The notes below the pieces were generated by a model that was not told where the DNA came from, did not search any database, and worked only from the letters and a program-made list of their open reading frames with translations. From Callorhinchus milii (lineage: Eukaryota): a stretch of 64,000 bases of DNA. Location: the NCBI RefSeq assembly GCF_018977255.1, contig NW_024704752.1:14632001-14696000 (forward strand). Reading direction: 5' to 3'. This document shows, in pieces, positions 29,748 through 41,928 of the stretch (position 1 is its first letter; every line of letters begins with the position of its first letter). The position numbers and the translations under genes were made by a program.

Positions 29748-29935
29748 CTTGAATGAATGAGAAACAAGAAATTAAATCTGTAATTACTAATATCTTCATA
29801 TTCCCTTCTATGCTTCAGTATAATCTTTTGACAACCTGTTTAACTGATTTGGTAAATATTTATCTAAAACATTTGTTTTATCTATAAAGATTACACAAAG
29901 CTATACATTTTTTTACTTTTGACAATAACACTTAC

Positions 29936-30034
29936 TTGATTTACTTTCATGTAGAAAGTAGCCAAATGTGGTTATAGCCAGAATCGCAATCAACAATGAA
30001 ACGAGAACAAGGACAATCCTATGGCGACTATTAT
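29936..30034 (-). CDS. Gene C transmembrane exon DNSRHRIVLVLVSLLIAILAITTFGYFLHESKS
   Basis: 99 nt, TATTTCAG| acceptor and A|GTAAGT donor; 22-residue hydrophobic run. Confidence 0.85.
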
Positions 30035-30082
30035 CTGAAATAGATTATAAGGTAAATAAATGCATTTTCTTAACTAAATCAT

Positions 30083-30430
30083 ACTCCACTGGCTTCCCAT
30101 CACACAGGGGATATAGTTCAAGATCCTGGTCCTCACCTTCAAAGCCCTCCATGGCCTCGCTTCCCCCTACCTCTGCGACCTCCTAACCCCCTACCATTCT
30201 GCCCGCGCCCTCTGCTCAGCAGGCTCCGGCTTGCTTCACGTCTCCCGCCTCGCCTGCCCCACCAAAGGCGGGCAGGTCTTTGGCTACTCTGCCTCCACCC
30301 TCTGGAACTCCATCCTGCAGTCCCTCTGCCTCGCCCCATCCCTTGCCTCCTTCAAGACCCATCTCAAGACCCTCCTCTTTGACCGTGCTTTCGGTCACCC
30401 TCCTTCCTTCACCTCCACCTTCCCCAGTCC
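30083..30430 (+). mobile_element. L2-type LINE 3' fragment in the gene C C2-TM intron
   Basis: LHWLPI..FKILVLTFKALHGLASPYL..TLWNS..FKTHLKTLLF, the typical L2 ORF2 C-terminus. Confidence 0.8.
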
Positions 30431-30654
30431 CAACTGACAGTGCCACTATAATAGAAGTTTGAAAACTACTAAATATTACAGATGAATTATAAAAGACATA
30501 AGATCAAGATATTCTTAATAGTTTCATGGTTACTATTAACAGGTTCACAAATTCTGTAGATGTCACCAATGAGTGAATGTGTAAAGGCTGATCTTTGCTG
30601 AAGATATATAAATAGAGTTGCTGTTGTACCATAGACTATTTTACCAAAACTCAC

Positions 30655-30927
30655 CTGTGGAATCATTGCCATCAAAGCACCCTGATGACACTGGATTACT
30701 GCTTGCATTACTGATTGGGTTCTTTGCAATGCACTTGTAGGTGTCGTGCTCCTTTGCATTAATGCAATCTATGACTAGTTCTGTTGCATATGTGTCATTG
30801 ATTGATAAGTAGTCCTTTTCCCAGTGGAACATTACATTGCTTCCATTGGAGACAGAGCACCTCAGAGTGATGTTGTCTGCTGTTCCACAGTTACCATGAA
30901 TGGTCACCACAGGCTGGGAAACTGGTT
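30655..30927 (-). CDS. Gene C IgC2 exon
   Basis: 273 nt. [43 protein letters not shown]; donor AG|GTGAGT. Confidence 0.9.
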
Positions 30928-31146
30928 CTGTAACACATATTGTAATAATAATTATTCCTGCATTTAATATAGTGTCTCGCATCATGACAGATTTTACCAA
31001 GTGCCTGTAGCAATCATTAACATTAGTTTTATGTTGGATTTTTGTCATAGTCTACAGAGTGAAAGATAGTACAATACATTACAAATACAAAACAAAATTG
31101 CATTTGTAAAGCGCCTTTCATGTCAGGAGGACATCCCAATGCTTAC

Positions 31147-31509
31147 CATACACCTGTAAATTGAAAATGCTTTGATCCCGGTTCTTCAGTACTGCCTCAA
31201 AGTAGTTAGTTTGTATTTCATATTCCCCACTGTCAGCAATAAGTAAATTTTTCAACATTACATATCTTTTCAAGTAGATTTCAATCCTGCGTTGATACAG
31301 TGGGTGCACAATATAAGGTTTCTCCGAGCTACTGGGTCTCCATCCTAATATCTTGATAGATAATGGAGATCGCCGCCTTATGGTCACTTCATACTGAACG
31401 TTGTCGTGGAAGGTTACAGGGAACAGGACATGTTCTCCGACAGGAATGTGTATGACTGTGGTGGGAATGGCCTCCATTGCTATTCCATGCACCACGCACG
31501 TTCCAATTA
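31147..31509 (-). CDS. Gene C IgV exon
   Basis: 363 nt, phase 1/1. VGEHVLFP..YQRRIE..LKNLLIADSGEYEI..FNLQVY; no canonical Cys pair. Confidence 0.9.
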
Positions 31510-31599
31510 CTGGAAAACAAAATTATATTTATCCTCATCAAATATTCGCTCCTCTAAAGTTCAACATAATTCAGATTAAGAACAATAATCATTTATTAC

Positions 31600-31630
31600 C
31601 TGAAGCAAGTTTCAAGATATTAACATTCAT
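31600..31630 (-). CDS. Gene C leader exon, coding part MNVNILKLAS (exon starts at 31687)
   Basis: CCCTTTTAG| acceptor and CAG|GTAATA donor; gives the signal peptide MNVNILKLASVIGTCVVHGIA. Confidence 0.7.
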
Positions 31631-33517
31631 CTTGTGTGTCGGGTTTTTGGGCGCCTTTTGTATTTTATTCCTGTATCTCGTCTGATCCTAAAAGGGAAAA
31701 CATTGCACAAAAACTATTGTATGAGACACTGTTGGGTGCAATAGCTGCCACGTTCGGCCACAAAATACAAGACCATAGGAACTTGGGAACAGGAGGAGGC
31801 TGTTTAGTACGCTTATTATGTCTTCAAGACGTCTCAAAGTGCTTCACAGATTATACTGTAAAGTGAATTGACTATATTTTGTGGTCAAAACGCGGCAGCC
31901 AATTGTGCACAGGAGTGTCCCACAAACAGTCGTGGATTGAGTGACCAAATTATTATTATTGTTTTTGGGGGGCAAATAATCCCTCCAAAATGATTACCCC
32001 CCCCCCCCCCTCAGATTTACATAGTGTTGAAATATACTTAATATACTTAAAATACATAAATAGGAAACTATACATGCCTTGTAAGCTCTACAAATATGGG
32101 GAAATGGAAATATAGGATTGCTTTTGTCCAGAAAAAAAATCTTTAGAACAATGATTCACTTGTGAGTAAAGTAATTAACGGGTAATTAACATTATGCCAT
32201 TATAGTACTGAAAACGTATTTATTACGCTCAAACGTGAAATATTCCTGTGTATTATATTTTCAACTGTATATGTACAGATTGAAAAATATGAAAGATTAC
32301 AAACAAGTTTCAGTTCATTTCAATCTGCCCCTCTCCAAAGCCTCAAACTTTTTTCTAAGCAGCAATTTATCCAGTTGGTTGTTTGAAGGAGAGCTAATGT
32401 TTGGACACAACAGAGCGTGAGAAGCAGAGAGAAGATTGTTGGAGCGAAGAGTTTCCTTCTTACAGCGGCAGTTGGGAATGCAGGATATTTCAATGCTCAG
32501 CTCTGCTTGAGAAAGGGCAGGGTTTAGTGGTTGCGAAAGAGGGAAATAGAGCGGGAACAATGATTCTTTGTTTTGTACCTGGAATATCAGCGAGAATTGG
32601 GCAATTCTTACCTGAATTGGCAGGTGTTATCTACGCAGTGTTACCTGCTGTACACACCTCACAGTCCTGTGTTCTGCAACTTAACAACCATTTACACAGA
32701 GAAAATCCCCAAATAACTGCTGGTCGTCAGCCTTTCCAGCCTGATTTTGGCGGGAAATGTTTTTTACAGATAAGGAGTTTGGAAATTTGATCCTATCACA
32801 GATCGTTATCACAGGTTTACTTTCACTTTTCACCTTAGCCTTTGTTCCTGGTGTTTCTGTGAAACTGTATTTTCCTTTAACTCCCTCATCTCCACACCAG
32901 CTGTAGTTTGAGACCCTGTAAAGCTGCTGCTCTCCTTTTCTCTCTCAGTCAGTACATGGTGCACCCTGGAGAGAGGAAGGGATTATCAGGAATCTTGTTT
33001 GGGAACACAGGCTCATGGATCCAGGGTTTGATGCCCACTTTGATTTGTACAGAGAGGGTAACAGTTGCTGCTCAAACCCCACCATTTACTGCTGCTGGAA
33101 GCCCACCCAGTGGGTGGTNGGGGGTTGTACTTGGGCGCGGGTTGGCAAGAGCCCGAGGCTTGGGGATCCCAGAATGTGCGTTGGGGTACTGTTGGAGTTT
33201 AACCAGCTAAAACTGCATAGGTTGCCATTGATGGCACTGGCTGGCAAGCTCTCCCACTGCTTGTCCAGCTGGGACGGACCTGCCGGTTAGGGCTTTGGTT
33301 TGCAGGAATAACAGGAACTGAGTGTAAAGAATCCCATTGACTGGTCTGCCTTTCAAGTCCTGCCGTTGAGCTTGCCTGGCTGTGCTATGACTCTCAGTGC
33401 CCTGGAATACTGTGGACCCGTCTGGCTCAGGAGCTATAGACGACCAAGATCACAACAGAGGGTTGGCTCGATTCCGCATTCCATTGCCAAACGTATTAGC
33501 GCTTTTAGTGGAATACT

Positions 33518-34662
33518 TTGGCTGAGATCAGGAACTCACTGAATGGAAAATCATGAGTAAAAACCAGCGATGTTACAGTAGTGTTTGTGAGCTCCACTGT
33601 TAGAATTTACACTTTTTGTATAATGTTGGAATCATAATAGATGTTACGAACGGGTTAACTTTCAAGTTAAGTGTGTTGTGGGCAGCTGGACTGAAACTCT
33701 CTGCACGTACACGAGATAACGGACTGTCTCAAGGACAGTGTGTTTGTGTGTGTGAGGCACGTACACCCCATGAGGTGTTCACGTGAACCCAGCATGATTT
33801 CAACCAGATAATCTAATGTCCGCACCATGATTGGATGAACATTGGTATCAGAGTTCCGATAACTTTGTGTACGGGGCCGTCCCGGGTCGTGGAGCAAAAA
33901 GGATACGGGAGATGGGGCCATCCCGGGTCGCGGAGACAAGGGTACGGAGATGGAAGACTGAGTGCTGGAAACACTAAGACTGAGGATATCAGATGGAAGA
34001 TTGAAAGCTGTAAGCAAGAAGACTGAAAGCATGAAGAATCAAGCTTGTGTGCTGGAAAGACACAGTGTTGAACTCTTGAACTCGAGATATCTATAGTTGT
34101 GTTATTCTGTTATAAGATCTGTTGATTGTACGGCCTTTGGTCTGACCCAGCGGGATATTGGGGAATAATGAACGAATAACAATAAAATAGTCAGATATCT
34201 GGTTAGAGGAATTAGCGTTGTTTCCTTACAGATTTGGCTGATTTTATTTTCTAACAACTGTAACCGCACACACTACGTTACTGCTGCAGTCACTGGAAAG
34301 GCAAACTGGACACCTGTTTAACTCGCTTTCCTGTTGTCACAGAGGCAGCCCCCTTGCATTTTGTTTTGAAGTGTTGTTTGAAGTGTGTTACAGTACAGAA
34401 ACTGAAGGTTTTTCCTCCTACTGGTACATCTATAGCGACTGTGTATTAATATGCTGTTTGCTTATTTTTCTGACTCGCACATACATTAATCTCTTTTCTG
34501 CTTGAAACAAACGCGAGAGCTAATTTGTGCACAGCAATATTTTGTAAATGGATGATGTAGTTGTAGAGAATAAATGGACATGAATAAGTGAATTAGGATC
34601 GAACTAATATCTGGACTAGGAAAACAATCCCCAAGAGAGAGAATTTATATCAACAAGATTTA
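33518..34662 (-). repeat. Duplicated non-coding module, copy 2 (upstream of gene C), interrupted by a solo-LTR-like insert
   Basis: Same ggctgagatcaggaactcac end (GTGAGT donor at 33534-33539) and the same ~260-bp block as copy 1. Confidence 0.8.
33642..34230 (+). mobile_element. Solo LTR-like element (~590 bp)
   Basis: Starts TGTTACG, ends CCTTACA (TG...CA with imperfect terminal inverted repeats), AATAAA ~45 nt from the end, absent from the paralogous copy at 28.2 kb. No clean TSD seen. Confidence 0.55.
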
Positions 34663-35485
34663 GTGGGTAAACAACAGTTTCTCATGCTGAAATGTGCTGC
34701 TCACCATGTGGCTGGCAGGGAACTCCAGGACCTGAATTTTGTGGTTGATACTATACATGAAAGTGAACCCAAAATTGCACAGATCTTGCTCAGGACCAAA
34801 GGAAATCTGGTATATAAGGTACAATACTGAGGTCTGTGGAGCAACATGATGCAAATGTGATCCATGTCAGATGGAAAATATTGAAGAAATAGTATTGGTG
34901 TTTGGTTTAAGATAATATTTTTCACAGGCTTTGCTACTGAGACCGACAAGTGTTTTGAATGGTGCTTGCATATTAAATGGACATTTAATATTATTAAAAT
35001 ATTATCTTTTTATTAAATATTAAAAGTAAGACATTCAATGCATTCAATACAATACACAATTAAATATGTATAAGATGGTATGTCAAGATGCAGTAAAGAT
35101 AAACAACAACTAGCATTTATATAGTGCCTATTAGGTGGGGTAGCATCTTGGAACACTTTATGAAACCATAAAGAGGATAATGCATCAAAAATTAATGTTG
35201 CCAGTTTGCAGTGATACCAAAGTTTAATGTACCCATAAATATCTGCTCAGTGAACAGTTTCTGTTCTTTTATTAGTGCTTGGTGCGAGACCAGGGCTGGT
35301 TGGTAATGGTATTAACTTTCTTTGAAGTCACAAAGCTGCACAAGCAAATGCAAAGCATACTGCAAGTAAGCTTCACTTTGCACTATTGCTATGCTCAGAG
35401 TGCCGAGGGGAAAAAATCACTATGAATATTGCAATGACTCATGGGGTATTTGCTTTTGATGATAAGTTCGCTTATTATCAAATAA

Positions 35486-35583
35486 TCAGAATGTTCTTGT
35501 TTCAATTCTTGTTGTATATGTGGGTTCAATGAGCTCATGTTCATAAATAGCAGTTTCTTCATTGTTTTCTTGTTTTGCTTCAT
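35486..35583 (-). CDS. Gene D cytoplasmic exon NEAKQENNEETAIYEHELIEPTYTTRIETRTF*
   Basis: CTTTTTTCAG| acceptor, phase 1; shares IEPTY(S/T)TRI with gene B. Confidence 0.75.
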
Positions 35584-36010
35584 CTGAAAAAAGTGAAACT
35601 AGAATTTCCCTTGTACTTTGGTTAACTGCACATTTATTCATTCTGCCACCACTCTCCCATAGATACCAGTCTTACAATGAAATGTTTTAAAATATTCATG
35701 CTTCCCATTTCAATAGCAGTTTGAAAGTGTGAAAATGGTAAATGTCTTCCTGAATAATTACATTGCTTGTGCTTTCTAAGTTTGGCATGATCTTAAACCA
35801 TTTATTAAATTAAGAAACGTACAAAAAGCAGAGTTTTTTTTATAAATTTTAAATATTGTGACTATGTTATATTTTGTTAACATTTTCAGGAATAATCTTA
35901 ATGGCATTTTATGAATTTTGTCATATGTGGAATAATGTACATTATCACACCTTATCTTATTTTGTATTAGTTATAGCTTTTAGTTACGCTTTTGTTATAG
36001 TTATACTTAC

Positions 36011-36121
36011 TGGTCAATTCATTGCAGGAAGCCTTTCTGCTCGTCTTGAAGCAACAGATGATTAAAATCAAAATTAATAAGAAATTGATGCACCGATGAT
36101 AGAAAACATCCACAGCTGTAT
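36011..36121 (-). CDS. Gene D transmembrane exon (in frame from the second AG: DTAVDVFYHRCINFLLILILIICCFKTSRKASCNELT)
   Basis: Ends GAATTGACCA|GT like the gene A TM exon. Tandem acceptors at 36126, 36121 and 36115; the first leads to a stop. Confidence 0.7.
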
Positions 36122-37076
36122 CTGATCTATGAAGTTTAAATAGGAAAATAGACATTTGGAAGTTGTTTACATTTTTTAACATATAAAATTTAGTCCACTG
36201 GCAGTGAAAGTGAAACGGCATTCTAAATAAATGTATGATGGATAAATTCAGTGGAAACAATTACTTACACTGTACATTGTACGCATACGTTGGTTGAAAA
36301 TTAAAAGGGAAGATATGATAAGTGTGGATACGAGGAGAAAAAGAAATGAAGCTGAGTGCCTATCAGCACCTCGGTTTAAGGCTGGAGAGTTAGACAGATG
36401 ACCTGTCCATGGGATGTGAGCATAATGAATGAAGAAATCTGCGGGTGAACGGAATCAATGCTTTCTATTTGAACAGTGACACTGCTTTTGATTTTACATT
36501 TACATTCCCAAGATAGTCGACTCAAGTCTATCACTTCCCATCCTTGTCCGACTTCACTGGCTTCTTACGCCCCAAGAGATCAACTTTTAAGATCCTTGTT
36601 CTTTCCTTTTATTGTCTCCAGGTCCTTGCCTCACCCTACCTCTGTGATCTCCTTCAATTTCTACTTTTCCACCCATTCCCTCTACTTCGTCAACTCTAGC
36701 CTGCTTCATGGCCCCACCTTATCTGTGCCTCCTTCAGCAAGTGAGATTTCAGTCACTTTACCCCTCCCTCTACAATTCTGTTTTGAAATCCCTTTGCTCT
36801 GCTTTCAAAACTGGCTAAAAGCCTATCTCTTTATTGCAATTTCTGCCACCTCCCTTCTCCCCTCCCCCTGTCTGTATTTCCATCCCAGTTCAGGTTTTCA
36901 CTGCATCTCTGTAAAGAGATATTATCTTCACGTGAAAGAAAAGACTATATGTATTTAATTTGTTATTAATTGTTTTGATGCTATGATTAGTGGAATCTAA
37001 TAGTGAATACTCTGCAATTGAATATAGTGAAAGTACATGACATGTAAACATTATAACTAGATTTTAAGCATCTTAC

Positions 37077-37355
37077 CTTTGAAATTAAACAGATTACATA
37101 ATCTTATTTTCACTTCTTCGCTGGTTGCTTTACTGACGGGGTTCTCCACTATACAAACATACACATATTGTTCCTCTTTCATGTTGTGGTCTATCACTAG
37201 TATTCTGCCATTGTACATATCTTTGGCAGCTCTGGATAATGATTGTTTTTCCCAGTGAAACACAACACTTGTTTCAATGGGGACAGAGCAGCTCAAAGTA
37301 ATATTTTGAGTTGAACAGTTGCCATCAGTCACCACAACAGGCTGGGAAACCATTT
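37077..37355 (-). CDS. Gene D IgC2 exon
   Basis: 279 nt. [39 protein letters not shown]; donor AG|GTAAGA. Confidence 0.9.
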
Positions 37356-37916
37356 CTGAAATAAAGATTAGAATTATTAGGTCAATGCTAAAATTTTCAA
37401 GTTAATTCTGTGTTACAATATCAAGAGTTGGTGTCACTTTACAGTATATTCTGTGAAGCGCTTTGGGACGTACTCCCGATGTGAAAAGCGCTATATCAAA
37501 TGCAAGAATTATTATTATTATTAATAACCAGGAATTCTCTGATCTATTCACAGAGATCCTGAGGTCCATCTCTCCTTATCAAAGATCCTCACTAAAAAGT
37601 CTACACTACAGGATATATGGTTTGTGTAAATAAGTCAAGAATTATTATTTCCTCAGTCAAAGGAATTTAATGATTTCAAGCGATTCTTCACGGGTAGTTT
37701 GTGTCTGAGGCATCTATGTAAACCTCCAGCACTCAGCTCAATGAAGCATTAGTTTAGGACTAGAAACAAGTTTTCTGTTCTGCCCCCACCCAAGGAATTT
37801 CTTACCTTCACAACACAAAGTTAACAACAAGTACAACATAATACATTTTCAAACAGAATGTGCAAGTTGAAACTTTTTTTTATTTTCTGAAATATTATTT
37901 AGAAATTCGTACTTAC

Positions 37917-38279
37917 CAAACACATGGAGTGCAAAAGATTTCTTATCACTGCCTTTCAATGTTGACATAAAGTGGTTGATTTCGATATTATAATCCCCAG
38001 AATCATTCTTCTGAATTGTGCGCAGCATCACAGAACTATTCGAGTCCATTTCCACTCTTTCTTCGTACAATTGATGTATAGACTTTGTCACATCTGAACG
38101 TATGAATTCCCACGATGCAATTTTACAAGTGATTGGGGATTCACGTTCAAATATCACTTCATAGTGAGCAGCATTCTGGTGATCAAAAGGGAACAGTACA
38201 TGTTCTCCAATGGTTACATTATTGACCGTTCCAGGTGTGAGTGTTGTCAGTGATCCAGACGCTGTAATCAGATATAATG
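37917..38279 (-). CDS. Gene D IgV exon
   Basis: 363 nt, phase 1/1. IGEHVLFP..KIASW..LYEERVEM..LRTIQKNDSGDYNI..FALHVF. Confidence 0.9.
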
Positions 38280-38370
38280 CTGGAATGGGAAATAAAAAAG
38301 ATTTAAATTAAACTTGCTTTATGATTAGAAACAGCCATCAAATTATTTCATAATTCCAAAAGTGGGTTAC

Positions 38371-38413
38371 CTGAAATTAGTGCCATCATTTTCTCAATGT
38401 CCAATGAACCCAT
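38371..38413 (-). CDS. Gene D leader exon, coding part MGSLDIEKMMALIS (exon starts at 38467)
   Basis: TATTTTCAG| acceptor and CAG|GTAACC donor; the signal peptide continues ALYLITASG. Confidence 0.7.
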
Positions 38414-39635
38414 AATAATAATAATCAATTGTTGTTTCTTTTCTTTCTTTTTGCCGAGTGGTTGATCCTGAAAATATAGAATCTGTAGAAAAATACAGGT
38501 AACTGTTGTTACGATATTGTTTTTTGCTTGGTCTTTTACTTTCTCTTATTTGTTCTTTGAGATCATTGAGGCAAAATTACTTATCAGATTTTAATATAAA
38601 TGGCAGAAATATTACCTGCGTCTGGATTTACTCAACCAACTTAACATTTTAGAGTGTGCAGGATTTGGCACATTGTTGAATTCAGTTTTACCTTTGAAAA
38701 CCGTTTTCTGTAGTTCTTGAAAGAAAACTTCAAAATGATACACTATTTAAAAAATCGACAACCTGAAATTCTACGTTAATAGAACAAACCTTGACACAGA
38801 TGGAGATTGTCCCCAAGAAACATAAACCTCAATTAAATTTATGGAGGTTTTATTTAAATTTGTAGAATTTCATAGAAAATTTCCAGATTTCTATTAACTC
38901 TTGAAGTTCTACCTGTGGCAATTCAATTTCCTTAACAAAAATAAGTAGAGGAGAATCTACTTTAGTAGATAATGAAAGTTGGGTACTGCTCAGTGGAAGA
39001 AGTAGACTTGATAGCTGAATGGCCTTTTCTCATTTTGTTTGCTGTGATCCTTCTGCTGCTGGGCTGATCCTAAGGAAATCTCTCATCTGTTCTTGGCTGG
39101 GAGCTTGCATCAGCAGAATTAAAGCACAGAAGCAAATACATTCACTCTGCCTATCTTTTGGATTAAGAACAAGGTATTTTTGACCCAAAAGAGATCCAAA
39201 GCCCATGGCAAGAAGCCTGTGGTTGAGACCACGGAGCACTTACATGCTTTGTGAAAGGAAGTCGTGGTGAGCAAAAGTAAACTTAGGGGAAGGGTCTGCA
39301 TTTTTTTCAAAAGCAAGTTTCTTTCCACAATTATATTTTAATTTAAGGGAAATGAATGATTGAGGACAGAATTTCCAAGAGGGAAAACATTTAGTAAAAT
39401 TCTCTCCATTGTATCCTGATGTAAGTACCGAAGCTCCATGACTACCATTACAATTAATGGTATCCAAACTTGATCACAATCTCGCATCGTCTCAATAGGA
39501 GTTTCCGAATGTACTTTAATCCTCTATATGTCTGTGCGTATTCTCAGAATGCTCAAACTTCTGTGTATTCTTCTGTGTATTCAGATAGTCACCCAACTCC
39601 CTTTGAAAGACGTTAGTGTAAATGAAGTACCTTTA

Positions 39636-39855
39636 ATAATAATAATAATCCCTCCAAAACCAAAAACAATAATAAAAAAAATTAGTTATTTTCAATCTAG
39701 GACTGTTCGTGGGGACGCTGATGTGCGCAATTGGCTGCCGCGTTCGCCCACAAATATAGTCAATTCACTTTACAGTGTGTTCTGTGAAGCGCTTTGGGAC
39801 GTCCTCCCGACGTGAAAAGCGCGATATCAAATGCAAGGATTATTATTATTATTAT
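39636..39855 (+). mobile_element. 5'-truncated SINE
   Basis: Body and tail of the same family. Further fragments at ~29075-29260, 31815-31990, 37435-37525 and 51412-51546. Confidence 0.85.
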
Positions 39856-40822
39856 AAAGAGACCCATTTTAGTTATCCCAGTTCACTTGGTCAAATTTAA
39901 ATGATCCTTGCTGCAGATTGTTTCATTTCAGCTTTACTCTGCAATGCTATTTACAGGGGAAAAAAAATCTGCAATTTAATCTTCACAGCCCACCCACATA
40001 ATCTGATGCAGTTTGTGAAATTGCCACTCTTGAAAGGATTCACAGCAAATTTTTTGCGGATTTCGACAACTTCGTCGAAACACAAATAGCAACTGGTGGC
40101 AGTTCCACAACTCAAAGAAAATTAAAAGGTTAAAATTAAAAGGTTAGATTCAGAATTAAGGGGTTACCTTCCACATGTCCAGTTGCCCACTCCTCACTCT
40201 CAATTACGATTACAATTCGACAACACCGACCAAGTCTTGTTAACAACAACAACCACCAAAAAAAAAAAGACCATTTAGATGAGTGTTTTCTCTTGCAAAG
40301 GGTCGTGGCCAATAAAACCCCCAACTAAGTAAACACTAACCAACATAGGAATGAACCCCAGAGCCAATTTGCAACGTTGCATTTGCTCGTTTTCTCGTTC
40401 GAATACTATTTCCGTTTTACTTTATTGCAGCAAAAATGTTGTTGCTTTTTACCCCCAGTGAAAATCCTCCTGTTTATCACCCACATTACCATCCAATGCA
40501 ACTGCTGCGAGTTCACCCCCAACTGGAGCTGCGCAGAGCGTTTATTGATTGAGTTACCGTTAATTGATGTGTTCGTGTAATAACTCGCATTGGGTTCAAA
40601 GGCGTTTAAATCTGCAGCAGATGACATTAAAACGTACCCCAGCACTTTGCAAAAAATTCCCCACAAATATATGCATGTACATTTAGATACAAAAACGATG
40701 AGAGGTCGATACTCGAAAGAGGTGCCAATGAGTTGATAAGAGAATAACAAAAAAAAAACGTATTAAAACATGATTTTAAAGCACATTAAAATAAACGCGT
40801 TTCTTATTTGCACAATACTTAC

Positions 40823-40910
40823 CAGTGCAGTCACTTACCTGTAGTCTCAACGTTTAAAGACATTTGCCACAAAATAAACCCTGAAGAAAAATGACTACTT
40901 CTATTTATAA
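40823..40910 (-). promoter_or_regulatory. Candidate TATA promoter and non-coding first exon for gene D
   Basis: TATAAATAG on the minus strand at 40901-40909, followed 60-80 nt later by two consensus donors (CAG|GTAAGT at 40839 and CTG|GTAAGT at 40823). Confidence 0.4.
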
Positions 40911-41569
40911 ATCCCCCCCACCCATCCTCCCTTTATTTCCAATCATTTCTGCTCTAACCGCAATCATGCCTTATATTGTACCTTTTCCAGAATTTCTTTT
41001 TGTCTTAGATTGGACTAACCCAACACAAAAAGTTGCTTTGCTAAAACAGGACTAGTTTGTCTGCTTTTCCCATCCTGGAGATGGTTGGGAGGAGGAGGGG
41101 GGAGGAGGGAGGGGAGGAGAGGGGTGGGAGATGGGTTTATAAGTGATTTATAACTTTTGCCCAATGTTTGTTCTCTTAAACTTCCCAACACAATATTGTC
41201 AAGAGTGCCCAGGGTGTGAGCTGTGAGCTCTGGGGGTGATTCCCACCTGTTTCCTCTCTCCTGCTCAGTGGACACTCCTCACAATTCCTCCCAAGTGCTT
41301 CTCTCGCTGTGGCTTTGTGTCTTCACTGAGACTCAGACACTGCCCGGAGTGAAGGGTGCGATGTAAACGCAAGTTGTTGGTGTTCTACAAATGTAATCTT
41401 GTTGTTGTAATAATCGCTTTTTTAAAAAAAAAAGATTTGCCCATGAGAACTGCTGTCACTCAGTCTCAGCCTCAGCCACACGAGGAAGCCGAGGCGACTC
41501 ATCGAAGCAGAGGTGGGACTGGGTGTCATCGTGTGATCCACTGCCCCTACCATATCTACCGTAGTTATT

Positions 41570-41602
<33 letters not shown>
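41570..41602. repeat. (CA)n microsatellite
   Basis: Direct reading; other poly-C/(CA)n tracts at 1410-1456 and 3750-3801. Confidence 0.95.
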
Positions 41603-41606
<4 letters not shown>

Positions 41607-41616
41607 AAATACACTC

Positions 41617-41928
41617 AATAATAATAATTTGAAATAGCGTTTTTCACGTCGGGAGGACGTCCCAAAGCGCTTCACAGAACACACTGTAAAGTGAATTGAC
41701 TGTATATTTGTGGGCAAACGCGGCAGCCAATTGCGCACAGCAATGTCCCACAAACAGTCGTAGATTGAAAATGACCAATTTATTATTGTTTTTGGTTTTG
41801 GAGGGATTATTATCAGGCTCTGTGTGGAGTAAGGAAATTTGCCCAAGGTTTCGCCCTCTGCCTGGAATTAAATCCAGGTCTTTCGCTTGCAAAGCGAGTG
41901 CTCTAACCACTGAGCTACAGGACTCCAC
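41617..41928 (-). mobile_element. Full-length tRNA-derived SINE
   Basis: Same consensus, reverse strand. Confidence 0.9.
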
